Assembly: GCA_043775825.1 (NCBI GenBank)
Contig: JAYVRX010000088.1
Span: 10,598-74,597 of the forward strand
Source: Deinococcales bacterium
GTDB taxonomy: Bacteria; Deinococcota; Deinococci; Deinococcales; JAAFIG01
DNA: 64,000 bases
Reading direction: 5' to 3'
The translations under genes and the position numbers were made by a program. Positions within the stretch are counted from its first letter, which is position 1. Each line of letters starts with the position of its first letter. The notes beneath the pieces were generated by a model. It saw nothing but the letters and a program-made list of their open reading frames with translations, was not told where the DNA came from and made no database searches. Positions 28,659 to 37,522 of the stretch are shown in pieces.

Positions 28659-29438
28659 CTATGGCAAACTGAGAATAAAGACTTCTTCTAAAGCGCTCGG
28701 GTCGACAAAGGGTTTCACCTCGAGCGTTAACCCGAGCGTGTCACCTCTTGAGGCAATGCGTTTGACCACCAGACCAATTTGAACTGTTGGAAACGCTCCG
28801 CCCGCAAAACCGCCCGACAAGACTTTCTGTCCAACTTTGACGTTGGAGCCTTTAAAATCTTCAACCCTCAAAATTCGACCCGCAATACCGCGTCCAAGCC
28901 CACGACCTTGTTTTTTGGTACTTGCAACGGTTGCACCAACCCGAAATTCTGGATCGGTCACGGTTTTAATAAGTGCCGTGCGTGCCGCAACCTCTTGCAC
29001 AATACCGACCAAACCCGACGGAGTCGTGACCGCCATTCCAAGTTGTACCCCATCTTGTTCGCCGAGCGCCACCATAAGCTGCGAAACCAAACCATCGTTC
29101 TTATAAGAAATTACACTGGCAATCGCAAACACCCCAGGCGATTGATAACGCCGAATTTTCGCGGCAGCCTCGAGCTTATTGACTTCCTGCTCGAGTTGCA
29201 CAAGTTTGGTTTGGCTTGTGCCAAGTTGATTTTTCAGGGTTTTGTTCTCGATACGCAAATCGTTTTCAAAGGCGACAGTGTCCACCGCATTTTTGGCGTT
29301 TTGGGCAAGTTGATAAAACATGCCCGTGAACGGCGCAATGCTGGCTGCCAGCGCAAATGGCGCTGGCGGCACAAAACGCGTCGAAACCAACGAAACCAGC
29401 ATCAAAATACCGAACACAAGCCAGAGTCTCGAGTTCAT
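28659..29438 (-). CDS. mreC: Rod shape-determining protein MreC
   Basis: N-terminal TM segment MNSRLWLVFGILMLV, a coiled coil (NQLGTSQTKLVQLEQEVNKLEAA), then beta-barrel domains. The ORF is open to 29483. Confidence 0.8.
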   Translation of the reverse strand: MNSRLWLVFGILMLVSLVSTRFVPPAPFALAASIAPFTGMFYQLAQNAKNAVDTVAFENDLRIENKTLKNQLGTSQTKLVQLEQEVNKLEAAAKIRRYQSPGVFAIASVISYKNDGLVSQLMVALGEQDGVQLGMAVTTPSGLVGIVQEVAARTALIKTVTDPEFRVGATVASTKKQGRGLGRGIAGRILRVEDFKGSNVKVGQKVLSGGFAGGAFPTVQIGLVVKRIASRGDTLGLTLEVKPFVDPSALEEVFILSLP

Positions 29439-29472
29439 AATCCACCAAATTGTGTACTCAGCCCCAAGCGCA

Positions 29473-30072
29473 TCAATCTGCACCCACGACTTCCGAATTT
29501 ACCCAGGGCAGCAACTCGAGGTTGAGGCTGTGCGTCAACTCGAGCATCCTTGAAATTGGTAAACCCACCACGTTAAAAAAGTCACCCTCGATTTTTTCGA
29601 CCAGCGCCATGCCCATCTCTTGAATACCGTAACCGCCGGCTTTGTCCAAGCCTTCGCCAGAGTTTGCGTAACCCAGAATTTCCTGGCTCGAGAGGTCACG
29701 GAATTTTACGCGGGTGCGTTCAAAACCGAGGGCTTGGGCGGTTGGCGTCAGGATGCAAACGCCCGTGAAGACCTCGTGCCAATTGCCAGACAAAGAGCGA
29801 ACGAAATCGGCATTCTCGAGCTTGCTGACGGGTTTTTGCAAGATTTGACCTTCAAACGCCACCACCGTATCGGCTGCCAAAATGACCCGATCAGGCTCGA
29901 GCAATTGAACGGCTCGAGCTTTTTTATTCGCCAAGAATCGCACCAAAGTTTGCGGGTCAGGTTCAGGGCTGTTTTCGTCCACGTCCGCGCTGCGAACGCG
30001 AAACCGGACACCCAAACGGGTTAAAAGTTCTTTGCGGCGCGGACTGCCCGACGCCAGAATGATTTCTGTCAT
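29473..30072 (-). CDS. maf: Maf-like nucleoside triphosphate pyrophosphatase
   Basis: MTEIILASGSPRRKELL ... GAYGIQ-like GGYGIQE. The ATG at 30072 was chosen over the upstream ORF extension. Confidence 0.8.
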   Translation of the reverse strand: MTEIILASGSPRRKELLTRLGVRFRVRSADVDENSPEPDPQTLVRFLANKKARAVQLLEPDRVILAADTVVAFEGQILQKPVSKLENADFVRSLSGNWHEVFTGVCILTPTAQALGFERTRVKFRDLSSQEILGYANSGEGLDKAGGYGIQEMGMALVEKIEGDFFNVVGLPISRMLELTHSLNLELLPWVNSEVVGAD

Positions 30073-30224
30073 TGCTACCTTCAAATGGGCGTGCCCAGGA
30101 GTTTTCATGTGGTTGCCCAACATCGGGTTTAGTTTAACGCTTTCAGATGAAGCTTGTCTCACCTTGATAGGATCACTTCAGCTTCTGCGCACTTTAAGAA
30201 CAAAAATTCTGACAATTCAGCACC

Positions 30225-30253
30225 TTGACACCAACGCACCACTGCACCATAAT
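30225..30253 (+). promoter_or_regulatory. Sigma70-type promoter of vapBC, predicted leaderless transcript
   Basis: TTGACA (30225-30230), a 17-nt spacer, then CATAAT (30248-30253). The vapB ATG begins 7 nt after the -10 element. Confidence 0.45.
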
Positions 30254-30259
30254 AAACCT

Positions 30260-30487
30260 ATGAGACTCAGTGTCAATCTTGAACCCGATTTGTACGCCGT
30301 GGCAAAATCACTTGCCAAAGCCGATGATGTGTCATTGAATGCCTTAATCAATCAAAAACTGCGTGACGCGCTATTTGGTCAAACGCAACCAACACAAACC
30401 CACCTGAAAAATGGGCTTCTGGTCAGCAGTTCAAAAGTGAGAGTGACTCGAGAAATGGTGATGCAAGCCTTGGAAGAAGATGAATGA
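30260..30487 (+). CDS. vapB: Type II antitoxin, VapB-like (RHH/CopG-type)
   Basis: 75 aa, MRLSVNLEPDLYAVAKSLAK..., with an acidic tail. Overlaps vapC by 4 nt (ATGA). Confidence 0.6.
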   Translation: MRLSVNLEPDLYAVAKSLAKADDVSLNALINQKLRDALFGQTQPTQTHLKNGLLVSSSKVRVTREMVMQALEEDE

Positions 30488-30882
30488 CTTATTTAATTGA
30501 TGCCAACGTTCTCACAGCATTGCACAACGAAGCCAACGATGATTTTTTACGGGCGCACGAATGGTTTTCTAAGCTTGGAAAAAATCAATTCGCCACCTGC
30601 GCCATCACCCAAGGCGGCTTTCTTCGGACGCATCTGATTTACTTCCCAAGCGACGGCGTGGCAGCCGCTTTTGAGAAAATAAAAGTTTTGACCGAAAATC
30701 CCAACCATGTTTGGTGGGGAGATGACCTGTCATACGTTCAAGTTGACCCAACACGGCTTCAGGGACGCAAACAAATTACCGACGCCTGGTTAGCCGAATT
30801 GTGCCGCGTAAAAAAAGGAAAAATTGCGACTTTTGACAAAGGGCTTTCGGTGTTCCACGCCGATGTGGCGGTTTTGCTTTAA
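30484..30882 (+). CDS. vapC: PIN-domain ribonuclease toxin VapC
   Basis: 132 aa with the N-terminal YLIDANV acidic motif and C-terminal ITDAWLAELC...IATFDKG. Confidence 0.8.
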   Translation: MTYLIDANVLTALHNEANDDFLRAHEWFSKLGKNQFATCAITQGGFLRTHLIYFPSDGVAAAFEKIKVLTENPNHVWWGDDLSYVQVDPTRLQGRKQITDAWLAELCRVKKGKIATFDKGLSVFHADVAVLL

Positions 30883-30924
30883 CCTGGCGGCAAAAGTTAA
30901 AATACAAGTGTTTTCGTCACTCGA

Positions 30925-32295
30925 GTGTCACAGCTTGGACCTAAACTAACTCAAATGCTCCTGCTCGAGTTCGGCGATGCGCTTGCCGTGATGGCTTGCG
31001 GAATCGCAGCAGCCCAAACCCTGGGTTTGCACCCCATCGGTTGGGTGGTTTGCGTGTTGTTTGGTCTTGCGTCTTGGCAGTTCAAACGCACCCGTTGGTA
31101 CGGTTTAACGCTTTTGTGGTGTCCTGGCATCATCGGGTTTTTAGCCACCAACAACGATCCTTTAACCAGGGCTTACGCGGCAATTCTGGGAATGCTGGGC
31201 TTTTACGCGATCTGGTGCGTCTTGCAAGCAAGGGATGAACACTCGAGCACGGGGTGGTGGGCGGCTGTGCTGTTGGTGGTTTGGCAACCCAGCAGTTTTG
31301 CACTGTTGGGCATCACATTTCTGGCAGCCCAAGCCACCACCCGTTGGCGCTCTCAACTTTCTCCAGCTCGAGGAGCAATGCAACACGGCAGCCTACAACG
31401 TTGGTCGGGTGTGGTGATGCTGGCGTTGGTCGTTTCTGGCTTAAGTTTGTTGCTGCCGCCGCCAGCACCCTGGCGTGTGCAAGATATTTTGCTACCAAGG
31501 CTCGAGTTACCAGCACCCAAAACCAGTGTCTCATATCCTCAAGCCGATTTCAGCACCAAGGTCAAACCGTTTGAAGTCAAAAGCTTTGATCCTCGAGCCA
31601 TTGTGGTTGGCATTTTGTTGCTCGGCGCGGTGATGTTGTGGCAATCGCAGGCGCGTTCGACAAAGGGACGGGTTTTGGGGTCGGATACTCAGGTCAAGAA
31701 AAAACCCAAGGCGAAATTTGATTGGGTGCTGGTGTTTGTGCTCGCCAGCGTTTTGGTGATGTTATTTGCGTTTTGGACGATTAAAACCCTCTCGAGCAAC
31801 GTAATTCCGATTCAAATCCCAAGTTTGCCAAGTTGGTTCTCGAACATGTTAATTGTTGTTTTTGTTGCAGGCTTAATGATTTCATTGGTGCATTGGATTC
31901 GGGTTTACCTGACAAAACACGCCCTCAAACCAATCGATATCATTGAGTTTCCAAGCAAGAAGCAAAAAAATCTCGAGCTTCCAGAAAACCGTGTCCGAGC
32001 CGCTTACGCCATGTGGTTGCATTTCTTGGAAAGCCTCGAGTTGCCCCGAGAAAAAGTTGAAACACCCTTCGAGTTTTCAAGGCGCGTTCATGTCCATCAC
32101 CCAAACTTGCGCGAGTCCACGAACGCCTTGACCCAAGCTTACGAGCGCGTGCGGTACGGCTCGAGTATCTTGGAATCGGATGCCCTAAAAGCCGAGGAAG
32201 CATTGCACGAATGGCGCTTAAGTGTTGCAGCGACACCAGCCGATGACCGTGTTACAAGCTTGACACTCGAGAAACACGTCCGATTGCTAGACTGA
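30925..32295 (+). CDS. Polytopic membrane protein with C-terminal DUF4129-like domain
   Basis: 456 aa with multiple TM segments. The C-terminal segment RVRAAYAMWLHFLESLELPREKVETPFEF...AYERVRYG resembles DUF4129 (from memory). Confidence 0.55.
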   Translation: MSQLGPKLTQMLLLEFGDALAVMACGIAAAQTLGLHPIGWVVCVLFGLASWQFKRTRWYGLTLLWCPGIIGFLATNNDPLTRAYAAILGMLGFYAIWCVLQARDEHSSTGWWAAVLLVVWQPSSFALLGITFLAAQATTRWRSQLSPARGAMQHGSLQRWSGVVMLALVVSGLSLLLPPPAPWRVQDILLPRLELPAPKTSVSYPQADFSTKVKPFEVKSFDPRAIVVGILLLGAVMLWQSQARSTKGRVLGSDTQVKKKPKAKFDWVLVFVLASVLVMLFAFWTIKTLSSNVIPIQIPSLPSWFSNMLIVVFVAGLMISLVHWIRVYLTKHALKPIDIIEFPSKKQKNLELPENRVRAAYAMWLHFLESLELPREKVETPFEFSRRVHVHHPNLRESTNALTQAYERVRYGSSILESDALKAEEALHEWRLSVAATPADDRVTSLTLEKHVRLLD

Positions 32296-32302
32296 GCACA
32301 CT

Positions 32303-33706
32303 TTGAACGCTGTCACAGAGCACCTCGAGCCGATACAACCTTTAAGGGATGCTTTGTGGGTGCTGGTTTTTACGGCATTGATCGCATCGGGTTGGTTGAA
32401 TTGGTTGCCGCTTGGCGTGGTGATTGCCGCCGTGATTTTGCCATTTTTGATTCGTCGCAACGCCAAAACGCAAATGTTCGCGCCTTGGGCAAGCGTTTAC
32501 GCTGGCGCGAGCGCTTTTTTGATGCTGCCACTGAATTTTTCAAACTTACTCGAGCGACTTTCTTGGATGGCACTGGGAATTTTGCTGGCATTCCTGATCG
32601 GTTTGGCATTTGATGGCATCCGCGAGCGTAACCATTTCGCGTGGCTGGCGGGTTTAACCTTGCTGATCCTGAACCCAAGTGCGACGTCTGTGATTGGCGT
32701 GATAGGGCTTTGTGTGCTTGGTGCTCTTCAGGCTCGAGCGTCCAGAATTCGGGTTGGTGTGCAGTTTCAAAACTGTTCTGGCATGGTTGTGCTGGCAGTT
32801 GTGGGTTTAACGATAGCGGCATTTAGTATTTTGCTGACGCGTCCAGCAGAAATTCAATTCAACAACGCAACCATGCCAGTTTCAAAACCCAAAGTAGAAA
32901 CAAAACCTAAAACCACCGACTCGAGCCTTGAAACCACAAGCTCAGGTCGCTCGAGCGTGAAAAAAGTTCAAAGCCTTGATTCTGGATTGCAGAATGCTTT
33001 GATGTTGGCGAATTTTGCGCTTTTGCTGGTTATGATGGCATTGCTTTTTGTATTGCTGCGAAATCGAACGCAAACCGCCAAGGGACGGCGCAAACCCGAA
33101 CTTTCAGAATTGATTCCGTTGCTCGGTGCATTCATCGTTTTGCTGGCATTGTTCGTTTGGGCGAGCACACCACCGCCTCGTCTTGAGGGCTTAAATAAAC
33201 CAAGAGAAATTCAGAGCGCAAGCCAAAATTCATCTCGAGACAAACCAACTTTGCCGCCCGAAACCAAGCTCGAGCAAACCAATCGTTCAAGCCCAATGTT
33301 GACGTTACTGATGCTCTTGGTTGTGATGGCGGCAGCGTACTGGGCACACAGAATCACTCGAGAGAAACTCGGAAATTCAATCCCAGAAGAACCCGAAACC
33401 AACAGCAACTCGAGTTTCAAGAAACAAATTCAAGCCACCAATCGAGTTCGAGAAGCGTATCGGGTCTTTCTCGAGCTTTGCCACGCGCAAGGGGTCAGAC
33501 GTGCGAACGACCAGACTTCGCTCGAGTTCGCGGCATGGGTTGGAACACTTTTCCCAGACTCGAGCATTGACGTTGAAGAATTGACCAAACTCTATGAACC
33601 CGTGCGTTACGGGCAACTCAGCGACGAAACTGGCGCACTCGAGGCAGAAGGTATTGTTGAGGCACTCAAACAAAATTTCAAACCCGAGCCTTTAGAGGAG
33701 AAATAA
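32303..33706 (+). CDS. Polytopic membrane protein with C-terminal DUF4129-like domain (paralog)
   Basis: 467 aa with the same architecture. The C-terminal segment is NRVREAYRVFLELCHAQGVRRANDQTSLEF...LYEPVRYG. Confidence 0.55.
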   Translation: MNAVTEHLEPIQPLRDALWVLVFTALIASGWLNWLPLGVVIAAVILPFLIRRNAKTQMFAPWASVYAGASAFLMLPLNFSNLLERLSWMALGILLAFLIGLAFDGIRERNHFAWLAGLTLLILNPSATSVIGVIGLCVLGALQARASRIRVGVQFQNCSGMVVLAVVGLTIAAFSILLTRPAEIQFNNATMPVSKPKVETKPKTTDSSLETTSSGRSSVKKVQSLDSGLQNALMLANFALLLVMMALLFVLLRNRTQTAKGRRKPELSELIPLLGAFIVLLALFVWASTPPPRLEGLNKPREIQSASQNSSRDKPTLPPETKLEQTNRSSPMLTLLMLLVVMAAAYWAHRITREKLGNSIPEEPETNSNSSFKKQIQATNRVREAYRVFLELCHAQGVRRANDQTSLEFAAWVGTLFPDSSIDVEELTKLYEPVRYGQLSDETGALEAEGIVEALKQNFKPEPLEEK

Positions 33707-33707
33707 C

Positions 33708-34637
33708 ATGATTCAAGAATTTGGAAACCGCATCAAACAAAACGTTGCCAAAGTAATCGTCGGAAAAGATGACACCCTCGAGTTTCTGCTGGCTGCCGTG
33801 CTGGCGGGCGGTCATGTGCTTTTAGAGGATGTCCCTGGCACGGGCAAAACCATGCTGGCTCGAGCGGTGGCGGCATCGTTGGGGCTTGACTTCAAACGCG
33901 TGCAATTCACCCCAGATTTACTACCGAGCGACATTACGGGCGTCAGCGTTTACAAGGGCACAGGTTTTGAGTTTCAGGCGGGTCCAGTCTTTACCAACGT
34001 CTTGCTGGCGGACGAGATCAACCGCGCCACGCCCAAAACCCAATCGGCGCTTTTGGAGGCGATGAGCGAAGGACAGGTTTCCGCCGATGGCATCACGCGC
34101 CCACTGCCAAACCCGTTTATTGTGATTGCCACCCAAAACCCAATCGAAATGGATGGCACATACCGATTGCCCGAAGCGCAACTGGATCGTTTTCTGGTGC
34201 GTTTAAACGTCGGTTATCCAGATCAAAACCAAGAACTGACCATGCTCGAGCGGCTTCAAGGTGAACATCCGATCTCGAGTTTGGAAGCCGTAACGGGCGA
34301 TACCAGCTTGCTCGAGGTTAGAAAACTTTCAAGACTGATTTACCTCGAGCCTGAACTGCGCGAATACATTGTCAAACTGGTTCATGCCACCCGTCACCTT
34401 GACGCCACCTACCTTGGCGCGAGTCCTCGAGCCTCACTGGCATTGCAAGGCGTGAGCCAGGGTTTGGCGGGACTGGCAGGAAGGAAATTTGTCACGCCCG
34501 ATGATGTCAAACGTGCCGCCGTTCCCGTGTTGGGGCATCGCTTGATGCTCAAAGCCGAAGCCAGATTAAAAGGTGTGACCCCAGAAAAACTGGTGAAAGA
34601 CATTCTCTCGAGCGTGGCAGTTCCGGTTGAAAAATAA
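33708..34637 (+). CDS. MoxR-family AAA+ ATPase
   Basis: 309 aa with Walker A EDVPGTGKT, Walker B LLADEINRA, and the motif FIVIATQNP. Confidence 0.85.
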   Translation: MIQEFGNRIKQNVAKVIVGKDDTLEFLLAAVLAGGHVLLEDVPGTGKTMLARAVAASLGLDFKRVQFTPDLLPSDITGVSVYKGTGFEFQAGPVFTNVLLADEINRATPKTQSALLEAMSEGQVSADGITRPLPNPFIVIATQNPIEMDGTYRLPEAQLDRFLVRLNVGYPDQNQELTMLERLQGEHPISSLEAVTGDTSLLEVRKLSRLIYLEPELREYIVKLVHATRHLDATYLGASPRASLALQGVSQGLAGLAGRKFVTPDDVKRAAVPVLGHRLMLKAEARLKGVTPEKLVKDILSSVAVPVEK

Positions 34638-34659
34638 TTCGATGCGCTAGACTGTCACC

Positions 34660-35205
34660 ATGATCTCCGAGAAGCGAATGACCCTTGAAGAATACCTCGA
34701 GTTTGAAAAACACTCCGAGCTTCGTCATGAGTTCACAGATGGCGTACTGCACGCGATGGCAGGAGAAACCAAACGTCATGAAGAGATTGTTTTGAACATT
34801 GTCGAAGCGCTGCGTCCAATTGCCAAGACAAAAGGTTGTCGGCTTCAAACCAAAACCATTCAATTACGAGTCTCGATCAACCGATACCGTTACCCTGATG
34901 TGATGATCAACTGCATCCCAAACGATGATTTGAGGCTCGAGGAAACACCCTGCTTTCTGCTTGAAATCATTTCTGAAAGCAGTGCGGATACGGACAGCAA
35001 CAAGAAATTAGCCGAATACACCCGTATTCCAAGTGTGCAACGGTATGTGCTGATTGAACAACATTCCAAACTCGCCATTGTTTACAAACGTCACAATGGC
35101 GTTTGGCTGGTCGAAACCCTTGAAGAGGCAGGCGAAATTGAGATCCCCTGCCTCGATACTGTCTTGAGCCTAGAGCAGATTTATGCTGGACTCAAGTTTT
35201 CCTGA
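34660..35205 (+). CDS. Uma2 (DUF820) family endonuclease
   Basis: 181 aa with the pattern EYLEFE...E...G......HE.I......YPDVMI....D.......P.LLLEIISESS...D...K...Y. Confidence 0.75.
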   Translation: MISEKRMTLEEYLEFEKHSELRHEFTDGVLHAMAGETKRHEEIVLNIVEALRPIAKTKGCRLQTKTIQLRVSINRYRYPDVMINCIPNDDLRLEETPCFLLEIISESSADTDSNKKLAEYTRIPSVQRYVLIEQHSKLAIVYKRHNGVWLVETLEEAGEIEIPCLDTVLSLEQIYAGLKFS

Positions 35206-35960
35206 ACGCTATTCGCCTTCACCAACAACCAAGCCTTGACATCCAATTCTTTGGCAAAATGCGCCACCGGCACAACATTAGGAAGCACAATCCCGATCTG
35301 TTCTGCCATCGTATTCTCGAGGATTTGCGCTTCGCAAGCCTGCAACGACCAGGGTTGATGCAAAATATCACCACGAAAAACCGTTCCTCGAACATCAGAG
35401 CTGAATAAGCAATAGCGTTCGGTTAACCAATGCTCGAGCGTGCCTGGCACGGCGTGAAAGACTTCACCAACGGGTTTGTACTTGGCTTTGAAGCTAGCAG
35501 GTGCTGCATTGCGGTGCGTGCGAACACTCGAGTAATCAAACCAAACGTTTTCAACTCGAGATGACATTTTCGCGTCCATGTACGGCAAATGAAATCCAAC
35601 CCGAGCGCCACGAACCGCCAGCGGATTCTCGGCATCGAGACTAAAAAACCAAACGCCAGAATGCACGCCGTCCGTGACATACGTTCGCAGGTTCAACTCG
35701 AGAAACGCATCCGTGCCAGGAATCGGCGGCAAGCCTCGAGCGTGAATTTGATTCATGCGGAACGGCACAACGCCCAACCAGGCTTGACCTTCAAACGTCT
35801 GAATGGTCAAACCCTTGGGAATGAATTTCTCAAGGCTGGCGGCTGGGACGGGGTAATGCAGGAAAGCCAGATCGAGCCAGCGCATCTGCATGACCCACGG
35901 GCGATCTAATTTCATTTGGCGTCGAGGAAACGGGCGCGGAGTTCTGGGGTCGGCAACCAA
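35181..35960 (-). CDS. DUF2071 (YqjF-like) family protein
   Basis: 259 aa. WLDLAFLHYPVPAASLEKFIPKGLTIQTFEGQAWLGVVPFRM matches my recollection of the family N-terminus. Confidence 0.55.
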   Translation of the reverse strand: MVADPRTPRPFPRRQMKLDRPWVMQMRWLDLAFLHYPVPAASLEKFIPKGLTIQTFEGQAWLGVVPFRMNQIHARGLPPIPGTDAFLELNLRTYVTDGVHSGVWFFSLDAENPLAVRGARVGFHLPYMDAKMSSRVENVWFDYSSVRTHRNAAPASFKAKYKPVGEVFHAVPGTLEHWLTERYCLFSSDVRGTVFRGDILHQPWSLQACEAQILENTMAEQIGIVLPNVVPVAHFAKELDVKAWLLVKANSVQENLSPA

Positions 35961-36334
35961 CAGGCTTCACGTTTGCCAAAAATATTGTAGCGATAACGTC
36001 CAATTATTTTGTAGACGGCATCGCGCAAGAATTTTGGCACAATTTTGAATGCACTCAACCAAGACCATTTTGCAGGCAAGCGCTTCATAATCTCGAGCAC
36101 CGCATCAGACCGAGTAAAAACCTTGTCACCATCAATCAAAACCACAGTATCCATCGCTGGCATTCGATGCAACTCGAGCAACTTCTGACCAGCCTCGGAT
36201 TGCTGCGAGGCGAATTGAAACACCCCAGCTTGGTCATTTTTAATAATAAATTGCACCACACCGTTGCAGAGGTTGCAAACCCCATCGAACAAAACGATTG
36301 TCTTGCCAGCGCCATTCACGAACTTAGAATACAC
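35912..36334 (-). CDS. DCC-family thiol-disulfide oxidoreductase (DUF393)
   Basis: Motif LFDGVCNLCNG. The ORF is open to 36463 but there it overlaps the divergent aminopeptidase gene. A GTG at 36334 or 36319 is the likely start. Confidence 0.6.
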   Translation of the reverse strand: MYSKFVNGAGKTIVLFDGVCNLCNGVVQFIIKNDQAGVFQFASQQSEAGQKLLELHRMPAMDTVVLIDGDKVFTRSDAVLEIMKRLPAKWSWLSAFKIVPKFLRDAVYKIIGRYRYNIFGKREACWLPTPELRARFLDAK

Positions 36335-36391
36335 AACCCGAGTTTTTAAAACCAGAGTGAGAAGTCCCCCAAATGGCGTTAAACTGCAACT

Positions 36392-37483
36392 ATGAACGAT
36401 CCGATTCTGAAAAAATGGGCTGACCTGCTCTGCGATTACTGCTTTCAAATTCAAGCTGGACAAAGTTTGATGCTTGACGCCAGCAGCACAGCCTTGCCAC
36501 TAGTCCGCGAACTTCATAATGCGCTGCTGATACGCGGCGCGTACCCAATTTTAAAACTCGAGTACACCGAACAAGAATCCGACTTTTATCAGAACGCCAC
36601 AGATGCAATTCTGGACAAGATTTCTAGCGCTGAAATCGCACAAATGCAAGCCATTGATGCATTCTTGGCGATTCGTGCCAGCACCAACACGGCAGCCCTC
36701 TCGAGCGTTGACCCTGAAAAACAAAATCGTGTCAGGCACGCCAACAGCGAGTTGCGCAAAGCCAGAGAAGACAAACCTTGGTGTGTCACGCTGTACCCAA
36801 CCCAGGCTTACGCCCAAGACGCAGGCATGAGTTTGGAGCAACTCGAGCAATTTATGTTTGGCGCAATGTTCTTAGACCGCCCCGACCCTATTGCCGCCTG
36901 GGGCGAAATTCGTGCCATGCAAGCCGAACTGATTAAAAAACTCGAGAAAGCCAAAATCGTCAAACTCGAGGCGAACGGCACGGATTTGACGCTTGAGGTT
37001 ACAAACCGAATTTGGCGCAATTCTGACGGAAGGCGCAACATGCCAAGCGGCGAGGTTTTCACAGGTCCACTCGAAACCAGCGCCAACGGCGCGGTATTTT
37101 TTGGCATTCCCAGCATGGTGAACGGTGTCGAGGTCAGCAATGTTAGGCTCGAGTTTAAGGGCGGCAAAGTGATTGCCGCCAGCGCCGAAAAAGGCGATGC
37201 TTACCTGCAACGCGCCCTCGAGACGGACGAAGGCTCGAGGTTTCTGGGCGAACTGGGCATCGGCACGAATTTTGGCATTCAACGCGCGATTAAAAACATT
37301 TTATTCGACGAAAAAATTGGTGGCACGGTGCATCTGGCGCTCGGCAACAGTTATCCCGAAACGCTCGGTACGAACAAAAGCGCCCTGCACTGGGATTTGA
37401 TTTTCGACATGCGAGAACCTGCAGGTGGTGGACGGATTTTACTGGACGGGAATGTATTCGCTGAAAACGGGAAATTTATCTAA
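36392..37483 (+). CDS. Aminopeptidase, M29 (AmpS/PepS/aminopeptidase T) family
   Basis: 363 aa with an N-terminus similar to PepS-type enzymes and C-terminal metal-ligand regions (GIGTN...HLALG...HWD). Confidence 0.8.
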   Translation: MNDPILKKWADLLCDYCFQIQAGQSLMLDASSTALPLVRELHNALLIRGAYPILKLEYTEQESDFYQNATDAILDKISSAEIAQMQAIDAFLAIRASTNTAALSSVDPEKQNRVRHANSELRKAREDKPWCVTLYPTQAYAQDAGMSLEQLEQFMFGAMFLDRPDPIAAWGEIRAMQAELIKKLEKAKIVKLEANGTDLTLEVTNRIWRNSDGRRNMPSGEVFTGPLETSANGAVFFGIPSMVNGVEVSNVRLEFKGGKVIAASAEKGDAYLQRALETDEGSRFLGELGIGTNFGIQRAIKNILFDEKIGGTVHLALGNSYPETLGTNKSALHWDLIFDMREPAGGGRILLDGNVFAENGKFI

Positions 37484-37522
37484 CTCGAGATTCTTAAATT
37501 GACCAAGGTGTAAGATACAAGA

